Below are positions 1-9,032 of a DNA stretch of 64,000 nt, piece by piece. The position numbers and the translations under genes were made by a program. How positions within the stretch are numbered: position 1 is the stretch's first letter; each line of letters starts with the position of its first letter. The notes beneath the pieces are model-generated. The model saw nothing but the letters and a program-made list of their open reading frames with translations. It was not told where the DNA came from and ran no database searches. This DNA comes from Eubacteriales bacterium (GTDB lineage: Bacteria > Bacillota > Clostridia > Oscillospirales > CAG-272), in NCBI GenBank assembly GCA_045531485.1, contig JAZSEC010000018.1, forward strand, positions 3,170-67,169. Reading direction: 5' to 3'.

Positions 1-7
1 CATACTC

Positions 8-1507
8 GTGGGCTTTGCGTTCTTCCTGATCAGTGCATTCTGGCAGGCCTATGACGCCATTGTTCCCCTCGCACTTACCAACCACTTTGGTCTGCCCCAG
101 ACCATCTCCGGCGTAGTAATGTCGATAGACAACGTTCTTGCGGTGTTTATGCTTCCTATCTTCGGAGCTCTCTCGGATAAGGTAATGACCAAGTTCGGCA
201 GACGTACTCCCTTCATCTTCATCGGTACTATCGCAGCCGTTCTTTCCTTTATTCTTCTCACCGTTGTAAACGGTATTCAGATCAATGCTCTCGTAGATGC
301 GGGCATCACCGATGCATATAAGAATGCATACGATACCTACACCTCTACCGTTAATGGACTTAAGGAGAGCTTTAATGCAGGATCTATCACCGAGGCTGTG
401 AAGAATGCAGGTATCGAGGAGGCTGATGCCATTCTCACAGGTGTCAAGACGACCCTCAGAGATCAGGCTCTTGAGATCACCCTTAACAACGTATGGCCCC
501 TCGTAGGCTTCGTTGCTATCCTTCTTATCGTTCTTATCGCTATGGCTACCTTCCGCTCTCCCGCGGTTGCACTTATGCCCGACGTTACGATCAAGCCCCT
601 TCGCTCCAAGGGTAACGCTATCATCAACCTTATGGGTACTGCCGGCGGCATTATCGTGCTTCTTCTCAGTAACATATTCGGCATCTCCAAGAACCTCTAT
701 ATGTCCTACACCGGCTACGTTATCGCGACCTGCGTCGTAATGCTCGTCGGACTTGCTATCTTCATCACCACCGTTAAGGAGAAGAAGTGGGCAGAGGAGA
801 TGGAGGATCAGACTAAGGCACTCGGACTTGAGGAGGCGGCTCCCGTAGATAACGGTGAGAGCAAGAGATCTCTCAGTAAGGCAGAGATGAGATCTCTCCT
901 GCTTATTCTCGCATCGGTTGCACTCTGGTACATAGGTTATAACTCCATCACCAGTAAGTACTCTGTATACTCTACCAACGTTCTTGGCGTTGACTACGGT
1001 CTTACACTTATCGTTGCACAGGCGGCTGCTATCGTGTCCTACATTCCCGTAGGTATCGTTGCATCTAAGTTCGGTAGAAGAAAGACTATCCTTGCAGGTA
1101 TTCTTATGCTTTCCACCGCCTTCCTTATCGGTAACTTTATCAGTGCCGGCACCAGCAACCTTGTAATGTATCCCATATTCGCACTTGCAGGCATTGGTTG
1201 GGCTACCATTAACGTAAACTCCTTCCCTATGGTTGTTGAGCTTGCTAAGGGTGGCGAGGTTGGTAAGTACACCGGCTACTACTACACCGCATCTATGGCT
1301 GCACAGATCGTTGCTCCCATCCTTTCGGGTGCACTCTACGACCTCTTTGACATCATCACCGGCGGCAACGGTATGAGAGTAGTATTCTTTGCCTTCGGTA
1401 CTATCTTCGTTCTTCTCTCCTTCGTTACCATGTTCTTCGTTAAGCACGGTGATGCTAAGGCTGAGAAGCAGAATGCTCTCGAGGCTCTCGGCGGAGCAGA
1501 CGATTAA
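8..1507 (+). CDS. MFS-type transporter (GPH/SLC45-like); 5' end may lie outside the window
   Basis: 499-aa ORF with many TM helices. The 'SDKVMTKFGRRTPFIFIG' loop motif is typical of MFS/GPH carriers. The ORF opens at a GTG 7 nt from the window edge. Confidence 0.7.
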   Translation: MGFAFFLISAFWQAYDAIVPLALTNHFGLPQTISGVVMSIDNVLAVFMLPIFGALSDKVMTKFGRRTPFIFIGTIAAVLSFILLTVVNGIQINALVDAGITDAYKNAYDTYTSTVNGLKESFNAGSITEAVKNAGIEEADAILTGVKTTLRDQALEITLNNVWPLVGFVAILLIVLIAMATFRSPAVALMPDVTIKPLRSKGNAIINLMGTAGGIIVLLLSNIFGISKNLYMSYTGYVIATCVVMLVGLAIFITTVKEKKWAEEMEDQTKALGLEEAAPVDNGESKRSLSKAEMRSLLLILASVALWYIGYNSITSKYSVYSTNVLGVDYGLTLIVAQAAAIVSYIPVGIVASKFGRRKTILAGILMLSTAFLIGNFISAGTSNLVMYPIFALAGIGWATINVNSFPMVVELAKGGEVGKYTGYYYTASMAAQIVAPILSGALYDLFDIITGGNGMRVVFFAFGTIFVLLSFVTMFFVKHGDAKAEKQNALEALGGADD

Positions 1508-1527
1508 TCTGACAGAGGATAAATCAA

Positions 1528-2328
1528 ATGATTGCTATTCCTATTACTATTGTAGTCCTCATTCTTCTTTATATCTTCCTCGTTGCACCGAAGAATAAAA
1601 AGGAGATGGAGAAATTCAAAACCGTGATGTACGCTCACCGCGGTCTGCATAACGGCGAGAGGGCAGAGAACTCTATGTCCGCATTTAAGGCAGCCGTTGA
1701 TGGCGGCTACGGTATTGAGCTTGATATCCGTCTTTCTAAGGACGGTAAGCTGGTCGTGTTCCACGACGACACCCTTGATCGCGTATGCGGCAGAGAGGGT
1801 AAGGTCGTTGATTTCACAGCAGACGAGCTTGCCACCTTCAGCCTTAACGGCACCGCCGACGGCGTGCCTCTCTTCTCCGACGTTCTTGCACTTGTAGATG
1901 GCAGAGTGCCTCTGCTGGTTGAGATCAAGGAGGATCCGGGCAACAGTGCGGTTTCTATCGCGGCATGCGAGATGCTTCGCAGATATAAGGGCGAGTATAT
2001 TGTGGAGTCCTTTAATCCCCTCTCGCTCGCTACGGTAAAGAAAAATATGCCCGAGGTTTCCCGCGGAATCCTCTCTCACCGTTATTACGAGTACGAGAAG
2101 TACAGAAAGCCTCTGTATTTCCTCCTCCAGTGCCTGCTGCTTAACGTTGTCTGCCGTCCTGCCTTTATCGCATACGATCACAGACACGCTAAGGCATTCT
2201 CGCTTCGCTTCGTGCGTTGGTTTTTCAGGGTGCCTACGCTGGCGTGGACGGTTCGCTCGGCAGAGGAAGAGCAGATCGCCCGTAAAAATGGCTTTGACGG
2301 TATAATTTTCGAGAGCTACATACCCTAA
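1528..2328 (+). CDS. Glycerophosphodiester phosphodiesterase family protein (membrane anchored)
   Basis: N-terminal TM helix followed by 'HRGLH..ENSMSAFKAAV..GYGIELDIRLSKDGKLVVFHDDTLDR', a GDPD signature. AGAGGA lies upstream of the ATG. Confidence 0.85.
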   Translation: MIAIPITIVVLILLYIFLVAPKNKKEMEKFKTVMYAHRGLHNGERAENSMSAFKAAVDGGYGIELDIRLSKDGKLVVFHDDTLDRVCGREGKVVDFTADELATFSLNGTADGVPLFSDVLALVDGRVPLLVEIKEDPGNSAVSIAACEMLRRYKGEYIVESFNPLSLATVKKNMPEVSRGILSHRYYEYEKYRKPLYFLLQCLLLNVVCRPAFIAYDHRHAKAFSLRFVRWFFRVPTLAWTVRSAEEEQIARKNGFDGIIFESYIP

Positions 2329-2353
2329 AATATGAATATTGAATAAAAAAACG

Positions 2354-2395
2354 ATTGCCGCAGATGATAAATCTGCGGCAATTCTGTATTTTTTG
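2354..2395 (+). terminator. Rho-independent terminator after the GDPD gene
   Basis: 12-bp stem ATTGCCGCAGAT/ATCTGCGGCAAT followed by a T-run. Confidence 0.6.
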
Positions 2396-2478
2396 AGAAT
2401 TTTTGATTGAAAAAAGGAGTATTTTCGGGAAAAATTTGAATATATTCTACAAATTTTAATATTTTTTAATGAATACTA

Positions 2479-2507
2479 TTGCAAAATTCTTAAAAATGGT
2501 GTAAAAT
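2479..2507 (+). promoter_or_regulatory. Sigma-70-like promoter candidate
   Basis: TTGCAA, 17-nt spacer, TAAAAT, about 60 nt upstream of the 2565 ORF. Confidence 0.35.
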
Positions 2508-2564
2508 AGGTTAGGGTGAGTATCTATGTCCTCTCAAACCTAATTCAGTAAAGGAGAAGCGTCG

Positions 2565-2990
2565 GTGAGTAACAAGGTAAATTTATCCTTCTTCAATGCA
2601 TATATAGCACTTGACAAGATCTGTGCGGACCGTCTTGGCGTAAAGCAAAATGGCGTTTCCTCTTATATTAACAGGCTTGTCGATCTTCGCTTTGCCCCCG
2701 GCAGAAGCGAGGTTCTCCCCAGACTTATTAAGTATAGAAATTGCAGGAACTCCATCGCTCACGAGATGAATGCTATGCGTGACTGCGACGAGCTTACCAA
2801 AGCGGACGTTAAGTGGATCAACAAATTTGCCAGAACCGTTTCCCGCAGGGCAGACCCTGTTTCCAAATATGAGCGTAAGGCCGGCTTCTATTCCATCTGG
2901 CGTAAGGTACGTGCCGCCCTTATCGGTGCTATCATTGCCATTGTCGGCGTAGCGATCTACTTCCTCCTCCAGTTCCTTCAGATAATTTGA
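2565..2990 (+). CDS. Hypothetical protein with C-terminal TM helix
   Basis: 141-aa ORF with a GTG start 8 nt after AAAGGAG. The C-terminal hydrophobic helix is ALIGAIIAIVGVAIYFLLQFL. Flanked by a promoter-like site and a terminator. No family recognised. Confidence 0.5.
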   Translation: MSNKVNLSFFNAYIALDKICADRLGVKQNGVSSYINRLVDLRFAPGRSEVLPRLIKYRNCRNSIAHEMNAMRDCDELTKADVKWINKFARTVSRRADPVSKYERKAGFYSIWRKVRAALIGAIIAIVGVAIYFLLQFLQII

Positions 2991-3001
2991 TCAATTTTAA
3001 A

Positions 3002-3034
3002 AGCACCTGTTTTCACAGGTGCTTTTTTGTTTTA
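3002..3034 (+). terminator. Rho-independent terminator
   Basis: AGCACCTGT-TTTC-ACAGGTGCT followed by TTTTTTGTTTT. Confidence 0.6.
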
Positions 3035-3076
3035 CCGTCAGTATATATTGCTTCACCCTTGAGAAAACGATTTTTG

Positions 3077-3111
3077 AATAAAAAAATAAAAACGGCGATA
3101 CGTATCGCCGT
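3077..3111. terminator. Bidirectional terminator hairpin (serves the minus-strand zinc-ribbon gene)
   Basis: ACGGCGATACGTATCGCCGT palindrome flanked by an A-run on the left and a T-run on the right. Confidence 0.55.
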
Positions 3112-3122
3112 TTTTTGTGTTA

Positions 3123-3548
3123 TCAGTGAATTTTAACGTCAAAACGATGCGTGCAGCAGGGACATACTACGGTATGCTTTCCCTTTTGCTTCGGCAGACG
3201 AAGATTGTTCTTGCAGGACGGACATTTTTTGTACACGTGGGTCTTTCTATCCCGTGCTCTGCATTTCTGAAGGTTAAAGAACTTCTTCGGCTTTTCGTAT
3301 AATTTGATAAATCTCTCGTTTTCTTGCTGCCTTTTGTAAATATTTCTTGACAAAACGCGGTAAAAAGCATATATAAACAAGGCTGTTTCGATAATATGAA
3401 TGATCCAGGAATTAGCAAAGAAATTTATCACGATAAGAACGAAGCATACGCCGAGCAGAAAATAGTACAGCTTATCAATACCGTATCTGCCTGCCATAAA
3501 GCGATAAACTCGCTCTCTGAAGGAGGGACGATGATTATAATCTCTCAT
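3123..3548 (-). CDS. Zinc-ribbon membrane protein (hypothetical)
   Basis: C-terminal CPSC..(17)..CPCC zinc ribbon with central TM helices. The start is ambiguous: ATG at 3548 or 3569, and the ORF track opens at TTG 3602. Confidence 0.5.
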   Translation of the reverse strand: MRDYNHRPSFRERVYRFMAGRYGIDKLYYFLLGVCFVLIVINFFANSWIIHIIETALFIYAFYRVLSRNIYKRQQENERFIKLYEKPKKFFNLQKCRARDRKTHVYKKCPSCKNNLRLPKQKGKHTVVCPCCTHRFDVKIH

Positions 3549-3746
3549 GCAGTTAACCGTTCCTTTCATCGGGAGCCGTTTGCCCACGGATACGGTGTAC
3601 AAACGTCGGCTTTTACGTATTCAGCCTACTCCTGTTATTTCAACTTTTCTGTTCAAATTAATTATACATAAGTATTAATCCCATGTCAACGAGAGTTATT
3701 CATTGTTTACAAGTGCTTTGGTGAAAGTTAACAGTTTATTTGTTTT

Positions 3747-4457
3747 TTAGTCCTCGCTTGCCAGTCTTTCTCTCCATTTAGGAATAAGACTGAGGATAAT
3801 GCAGGTGAGGCAGATAAGGATTATAGAGGCGAGAATAAGTATCGCACAGTTCATAAAGAAGTCCTGGGGCAATACGAGAATGATCTGGTCGGTGACCGGG
3901 TCAAACAGCCAGTTGTCCTTGCCGGGGAAGAACAGCTTATGGAATACCTCAAACGCCACGTCAAAGTTGATCGACGCAAGGCCGCCTATGATCGCAAAGC
4001 CACCGAGAGTATATGCTCCCGAGCAGAAGGCGATATTCATACCGAAGGGACGCCAAAGCTCAAATATCTTCTTTTTATTAAGGATAATCAGCGTCGCAGC
4101 ACCTACCAGAGAGATGATAAACGCTATGGCATTAAGGTCAAACAGAGCCTTACAGTCGACGAAATGTGCCTTACCCTCCTCGCTGTATTCAAGCTTTCCG
4201 GTGCCGAATTCATGACCAGGCAGGGTCAGATAGTCCATCACCTCGTTGAAGGCATCCTTGATGTCCTCTTTGCCTATCTCCTCGTGTCCCTCGATGCCGC
4301 ACCACTCCGCATAGGCGTGGTAATATTCCTCGATATCCAGCGTATCTATCTGCATATAGTAGAATGGTCTGAAATAGATGGGCAGCCCGATGGAGAAGGT
4401 TATTATAAGTATTGCTATAAAGAAGCCGAGAAGGCCCGTAAGAATCTTGTTTTTCAT
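3747..4457 (-). CDS. TIGR01906-like (DUF1461) integral membrane protein
   Basis: N-terminal TM plus C-terminal TM cluster. The 'FHKLFFPGKDNWLFDPVTDQIILVLPQDFF' motif is recalled from that family. The second ATG has AAGGA about 9 nt upstream. Confidence 0.6.
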   Translation of the reverse strand: MKNKILTGLLGFFIAILIITFSIGLPIYFRPFYYMQIDTLDIEEYYHAYAEWCGIEGHEEIGKEDIKDAFNEVMDYLTLPGHEFGTGKLEYSEEGKAHFVDCKALFDLNAIAFIISLVGAATLIILNKKKIFELWRPFGMNIAFCSGAYTLGGFAIIGGLASINFDVAFEVFHKLFFPGKDNWLFDPVTDQIILVLPQDFFMNCAILILASIILICLTCIILSLIPKWRERLASED

Positions 4458-4515
4458 AAAAAGCATCCTTAATAATTTATATAATCCATTTTATCACAAA
4501 ATCCCATATATGTCA

Positions 4516-4548
4516 ACAAAAAAGGAACGGACCAGCCGTTCCTTTTTT
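4516..4548. terminator. Terminator hairpin after uxuB (minus strand), bidirectional shape
   Basis: GGAACGG-ACCAG-CCGTTCC flanked by an A-run and a T-run. Confidence 0.6.
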
Positions 4549-4567
4549 ATAATTTAATTTACCAAAA

Positions 4568-5413
4568 TTATACTCCCGAGTATGCAGCGAAGCCGCAGTC
4601 GATGGGAAGCACAACGCCGGTGATAGCAGATGCTGCTCTGTCATCGGTGAGGAAGAACAGACCGCCGAGAAGCTCCTCGGAGTCAACGAAGCGACCCATA
4701 GGAGTTCCGTTAAGGATCTTAGCAGAACGAGCGGTGGGAGTGCCATCCTCGTTGAAGAGAAGCGCACGGTTCTGGTTGGAAACCAGGAAGCCGGGAGCGA
4801 TTGCATTGCAACGGATGCCTGTGCCTGCGAAATGAGTTGCAAGCCACTGGGTAAAGTTGGAGATACCTGCCTTAGCAGCAGAGTATGCGGGAATCTTGGT
4901 AAGGGGAATGTATGCGTTCATCGAGGAGATGTTAAGGATGTTACCGCACTTTCTCTCTACCATATCCTTTGCGAAGGTCTGGGTGGGAAGGAGAGTACCC
5001 TGGAAGTTGAGCTTGAATACGAAGTCAACACCGTTGGGATCGAGATCGAAGAAGGACTTGCCGCCCTCCTTAGCCTCGTGCTGATACTCGTTATCGGTGG
5101 TTGCTCTGGGGTTGTTACCGCCTGCACCGTTGATAAGAATATCGCAGGGACCGAGATCCTTGAGAACTGCCTGGTGTACCTCTTCGAGAGCTACGGGATC
5201 AAGCACGTTTGCCTTGTAGCCGATACATGTAAAGCCCTCGGCAGAAAGCTCGTCAGCAAGCTTCTTTACAGCCTCCTCGTTGAGGTCGAGAGCAGCAACC
5301 TTTGCACCTGCCTGAGCGTATGCACGGGCCATATCGCCGCAAAGAACGCCGCCTGCACCGGTAACTACTACTACCTTACCGGAGAAATCTACGTTAAGGG
5401 GAAGATTAATCAT
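4568..5413 (-). CDS. uxuB: SDR-family oxidoreductase, D-mannonate/fructuronate oxidoreductase type
   Basis: 'VVVVTGAGGVLCG' Rossmann motif, about 280 aa, immediately downstream of uxuA. This matches the SDR-type UxuB arrangement in Firmicutes. A GGAGG RBS is present. Confidence 0.65.
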   Translation of the reverse strand: MINLPLNVDFSGKVVVVTGAGGVLCGDMARAYAQAGAKVAALDLNEEAVKKLADELSAEGFTCIGYKANVLDPVALEEVHQAVLKDLGPCDILINGAGGNNPRATTDNEYQHEAKEGGKSFFDLDPNGVDFVFKLNFQGTLLPTQTFAKDMVERKCGNILNISSMNAYIPLTKIPAYSAAKAGISNFTQWLATHFAGTGIRCNAIAPGFLVSNQNRALLFNEDGTPTARSAKILNGTPMGRFVDSEELLGGLFFLTDDRAASAITGVVLPIDCGFAAYSGV

Positions 5414-5432
5414 TTTAATTTACCTCCAAATA

Positions 5433-6515
5433 TTATTTCTGATCAAGCTTGTCAAGCATATCCCAAACACCGAGCATATACATAATGCCGAGTGCACGGT
5501 CGTAAAGACCGTAGCCGGGACGAACGTTGCCGGGCTTCTCATCCCAGAGATGTCTGCCGTGGTCGGGACGGATATAGCCGTCAAAGCCGCAATCGTGGTA
5601 TGCCTTAAGAATGTCGAGAATGCCGGTGTCACCGTCGCAATCTCTGTGGCTCGCCTCGGAGAAGTCACCGTTTTCGAAGTGCTTTACGTTTCTGATATGA
5701 GCAAATGCGATTCTGTCGCAGTGCTTTCTTACGATCTCGGCAACGTTGTTCTCGGGATTAGCGTTAAGAGAACCGGAGCAGAGGGTCAGACAGTTGTAGG
5801 GATCGTCAACCATGGAGAGAAATCTGTCGATGCTGGGGCCGTCAACGAGAAGGCGGGGCAGACCGAAGATATCCCAGGGCGGATCGTCCATGTGAATAGC
5901 CATCTTGATATCGCACTCGCGGCAGGTGGGCATAATTGCCTCGAGGAAGTACTTAAGGTTAGCCCAAAGCTTCTCGTGGTCAACGTCTGCGTAATCCTTG
6001 AAGAGCTGGTCAAGCTTTGCCATTCTCTCAGGCTCCCAGCCGGGGAAGGACATGTTGTACTTCTCGGTAAAGTCGAGAATGTACTTAGCCATAGCGTTAT
6101 AGTCGTCCTGGATCATACCCTTCTCATAGAAGAGAGCGGTAGAGCCGTCGCCAACCTCGTGGAAGAGATTGGATCTGGTCCAGTCGAAGATAGGCATGAA
6201 GTTGTAGCAGATAACCTTTACACCGAACTTGGAGAGGTTGCGGATGCACTGCTTGTAGTTTTCAATATACTGATCGCGGGTAGGAAGACCGATCTTGATA
6301 TCGTCGTGAACGTTAACAGACTCAACAACGTCACCGTTGAAGCCGTAAGCGTGGAGCTGATCCATTACTGCACCAATCTCCTCTTCGGTCCAAATCTCAC
6401 CGGGCATCTTGCCGTGAAGTGCCCATACGATACCCTCTACGCCGGGGATCTGCTTGATGTCAGACAGCTTGATACGGTCGTTACCCTCGCCGTACCAACG
6501 GAATGTCATTTTCAT
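5433..6515 (-). CDS. uxuA: Mannonate dehydratase
   Basis: 'MKMTFRWYGEGNDRIKLSDIKQIPG' N-terminus and 360-aa length are typical of UxuA. Confidence 0.9.
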   Translation of the reverse strand: MKMTFRWYGEGNDRIKLSDIKQIPGVEGIVWALHGKMPGEIWTEEEIGAVMDQLHAYGFNGDVVESVNVHDDIKIGLPTRDQYIENYKQCIRNLSKFGVKVICYNFMPIFDWTRSNLFHEVGDGSTALFYEKGMIQDDYNAMAKYILDFTEKYNMSFPGWEPERMAKLDQLFKDYADVDHEKLWANLKYFLEAIMPTCRECDIKMAIHMDDPPWDIFGLPRLLVDGPSIDRFLSMVDDPYNCLTLCSGSLNANPENNVAEIVRKHCDRIAFAHIRNVKHFENGDFSEASHRDCDGDTGILDILKAYHDCGFDGYIRPDHGRHLWDEKPGNVRPGYGLYDRALGIMYMLGVWDMLDKLDQK

Positions 6516-6592
6516 AGTTTTTTATCCTTTCGTTTTTGATCTTTAAAGGAATATTTAGTCGAGAGGGAGAGTTTTCCCTCTCGTTTTTAAGC

Positions 6593-8854
6593 TTACTGCT
6601 TCTTTTCCTTAGGCTGCTTGATGCGGCTGAGCTTCTTATTAAGTGCGAGAAGCTCCTCCTTGGTGAACTCCTTATTCATCATACCGCCCGCCATGGTAAG
6701 CAGACGGAGAACGGTGAAGCCGTTCATCATAGACATCATATCGGGAGTAATGTCAAAGCCCATAGCCTTCGGCTTTTCGCCCTTCTTCTTGTTGCCGCCG
6801 AGCATCTTGCCCATAAGCTTCATGAAGATAAGCTTGCCGCGGAAGGTGGAGATAACCTGACCCATCTTGGAGTTAAGAGAAAGACGGCCGGGCTTTTCCT
6901 CAATGTCAAACCAGTTAAGGATCGCACCCTTCTCAACAAGGCGATATGCCTCGTTGAACTTGTCAACCTTTCTGATAACGCTCTCGTCGGTATGCTCGCC
7001 TGCCTTAGCAACGATCTTGCTCTCACCAACGTTCTTAACGTTGAAGTAGAAGAAGTGGTTGTCGCTGGTCTGCTTGCCAACCGACTCGCCGTTTACAAAC
7101 AGCTCAACCTCGGGAAGGTTGGAGTATACGGTGATCTTGGTCACATCCTCAACTCTGTCGATATATCTCTTAGAGCAGATGTGAAGCACAGGAGCCTCTG
7201 CGGGATCGCGGAGCCATGCCTTGTAAGCGTAGAAGGAGTCCTTCTTGTACTTACGGTCCATGGTCATAAGACCCTTGTGGTTCTGTCCGTTCTCGCCGCC
7301 CTCGCTACGAGCGTCGGCACCAAAGTCGAACATATTCCATACGTGGGTTGCCCACATATACTTTCTGGAGTAGAGCTGCTTGATAAGCTCCTCGTGGTAG
7401 TATGCCTGATACTCCTCGGTATAGTCGCCCTGACGGGGATCGGAGGTGTGCCAGTTAAGTGCCTCACAGCCGTACTCGGAGCATCCGATCGGAATAGAGG
7501 GATGAGTCTGGTGGAACTTGTCGAACCAGGGGCCGTTCATGGAAGTATCGCCACCGTACCAGCCGAAGTAGTGGTTATAGGAAACCACGTCGGGAATCTG
7601 GAGGTAGGGATCGTCGATCTTACACATAGAAACTGCTGCGATGGTGGTAAGACGGGTCTTGTCCATCTCGTGACAGAGGTCGTTAAGTATCTTGTGGTTC
7701 TCAAGAAGGTCGGGAGTAGATCCGCTGATGGTGATCTCGTTGGAAAGACCCCAAACTACGATAGAGGGATGGTTGGAGTTCTGGGATACAAGCTCCTTCA
7801 TCTGAGTGATGGTGTTCTCGCGGCCGGTGGGCATGTGGCGGGAGATGTAAGGAATCTCAGCCCAGATAACCATACCATACTCGTCGCAAAGATCATAGAA
7901 GTACTGATCGTGCTGATAGTGAGCAAGACGGATAGTGGTGCAGCCTACCTCGTGGATAAGCTCCATATCCTCCTTATGATGCTCGGGGAGAAGTGCGTTA
8001 CCGAAGCCGAGTCTGTCCTGGTGACGGGATACACCGCGAAGGGGATATTCCTCGCCGTTAAGGATAAAGCCGTTTACGGGATCGATCTTGAAGGTACGGC
8101 AACCGAATCTGGAGCATACGTTATCAATAACTGCGTCGCCCTCTACGATCTCTGCCTCACAGCAGTAGAGATAGGGGTCGCGGCGTCCGTGCCAGAGGTG
8201 AACGTCCTTGATCTCGAAAACAACCTTCTTGTCGGTTGTAACGATCTTCTGAAGCTCGTTTTCTTCCTTGTCGTAAAGGGTGTAGGCGATCTGCTGACCG
8301 TCCTTAAGGTCGGTGGTGTAAACCTCAACCTCAACCTTGGCATCCTTGCCTACGATCTCGGGAGTGATCTTGATGCCGGGGGCACCCCAGTAATCAAGGT
8401 CAAAGTGATTTTCTGCAACGCTTACGATATAAACGTCACGGTACAGACCGCCGTAGAAGGTAAAGTCTGCCATCTGGGGATATACGGTCTCGTTAGGTGC
8501 GTTGTCAACAACGATAGCAAGAGCGTTGTCACCGTCCTTAAGCGAGGAGGTAAGGTTAACTCTCCAGGTAGAGTAACCGCCGTCGTGGTGAGCGAGATGC
8601 TCGCCGTTTAAGTACACGTCTGCGGAGGAGTTAGCACCGCGGATCTCAAGGTAATGCAGACCCTCGCCAAGCTCGTCCTTATTAATATTCTTGGAATATA
8701 CGCAGCTGCCGCGGAAGTAAAGACCGCCGTCGTAACCGTCCTCGTTATTCCAGGTATGGGGCAGGTTAACCGAAACTGCACCCTCGCTAACAGAGGGATC
8801 CTTACAGTCCTTAACGAACTGCCAGCCCTCGTTAATCTTGAGTATTCTTCTCAT
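6593..8854 (-). CDS. GH2 beta-glucuronidase (GUS) with about 190-aa C-terminal extension
   Basis: GH2 acid/base region 'WGLSNEI' and nucleophile region 'CSEYGCE'. 'NHKG' (nt 7271-7282) matches the glucuronate-specific N-x-K motif of GUS enzymes. Located in a hexuronate gene context. Confidence 0.8.
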   Translation of the reverse strand: MRRILKINEGWQFVKDCKDPSVSEGAVSVNLPHTWNNEDGYDGGLYFRGSCVYSKNINKDELGEGLHYLEIRGANSSADVYLNGEHLAHHDGGYSTWRVNLTSSLKDGDNALAIVVDNAPNETVYPQMADFTFYGGLYRDVYIVSVAENHFDLDYWGAPGIKITPEIVGKDAKVEVEVYTTDLKDGQQIAYTLYDKEENELQKIVTTDKKVVFEIKDVHLWHGRRDPYLYCCEAEIVEGDAVIDNVCSRFGCRTFKIDPVNGFILNGEEYPLRGVSRHQDRLGFGNALLPEHHKEDMELIHEVGCTTIRLAHYQHDQYFYDLCDEYGMVIWAEIPYISRHMPTGRENTITQMKELVSQNSNHPSIVVWGLSNEITISGSTPDLLENHKILNDLCHEMDKTRLTTIAAVSMCKIDDPYLQIPDVVSYNHYFGWYGGDTSMNGPWFDKFHQTHPSIPIGCSEYGCEALNWHTSDPRQGDYTEEYQAYYHEELIKQLYSRKYMWATHVWNMFDFGADARSEGGENGQNHKGLMTMDRKYKKDSFYAYKAWLRDPAEAPVLHICSKRYIDRVEDVTKITVYSNLPEVELFVNGESVGKQTSDNHFFYFNVKNVGESKIVAKAGEHTDESVIRKVDKFNEAYRLVEKGAILNWFDIEEKPGRLSLNSKMGQVISTFRGKLIFMKLMGKMLGGNKKKGEKPKAMGFDITPDMMSMMNGFTVLRLLTMAGGMMNKEFTKEELLALNKKLSRIKQPKEKKQ

Positions 8855-8954
8855 AAGATGCTCCTTTATATGATTTTACATTTATCGCCATCTTTTATTA
8901 TATCAAAAAACCAATAGTAAAATCAATAATTATAGATAAAAAATATATAAATAT

Positions 8955-9000
8955 TATTTAAAAAATACGGCGTCCGACGCTGAACTTTGTCGGACGCCGT
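8955..9000 (-). terminator. Rho-independent terminator after the GPH symporter
   Basis: 12-bp stem ACGGCGTCCGAC/GTCGGACGCCGT followed by a T-run on the minus strand. Confidence 0.6.
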
Positions 9001-9032
9001 GAAGATTCACTCGTCTGAGTAGAACTTTTTAA

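Noticed and set aside
6536-8611. Very long ORFs antisense to real genes in the housekeeping part: 6536-8611 (+), 9063-10703 (+), 5550-6539 (+), 15817-18270 (-), 13253-14338 (-), 19159-20265 (-), 21991-22914 (+), 23120-24199 (+).
   Set aside because: Each lies opposite a gene with clear family motifs (GH2, GPH, uxuA, alaS, GH2, pepT, ApbE and the lipoprotein). Their products are low-complexity and rich in V/L/G/S with no motifs and no RBS. They are shadow ORFs caused by codon bias.
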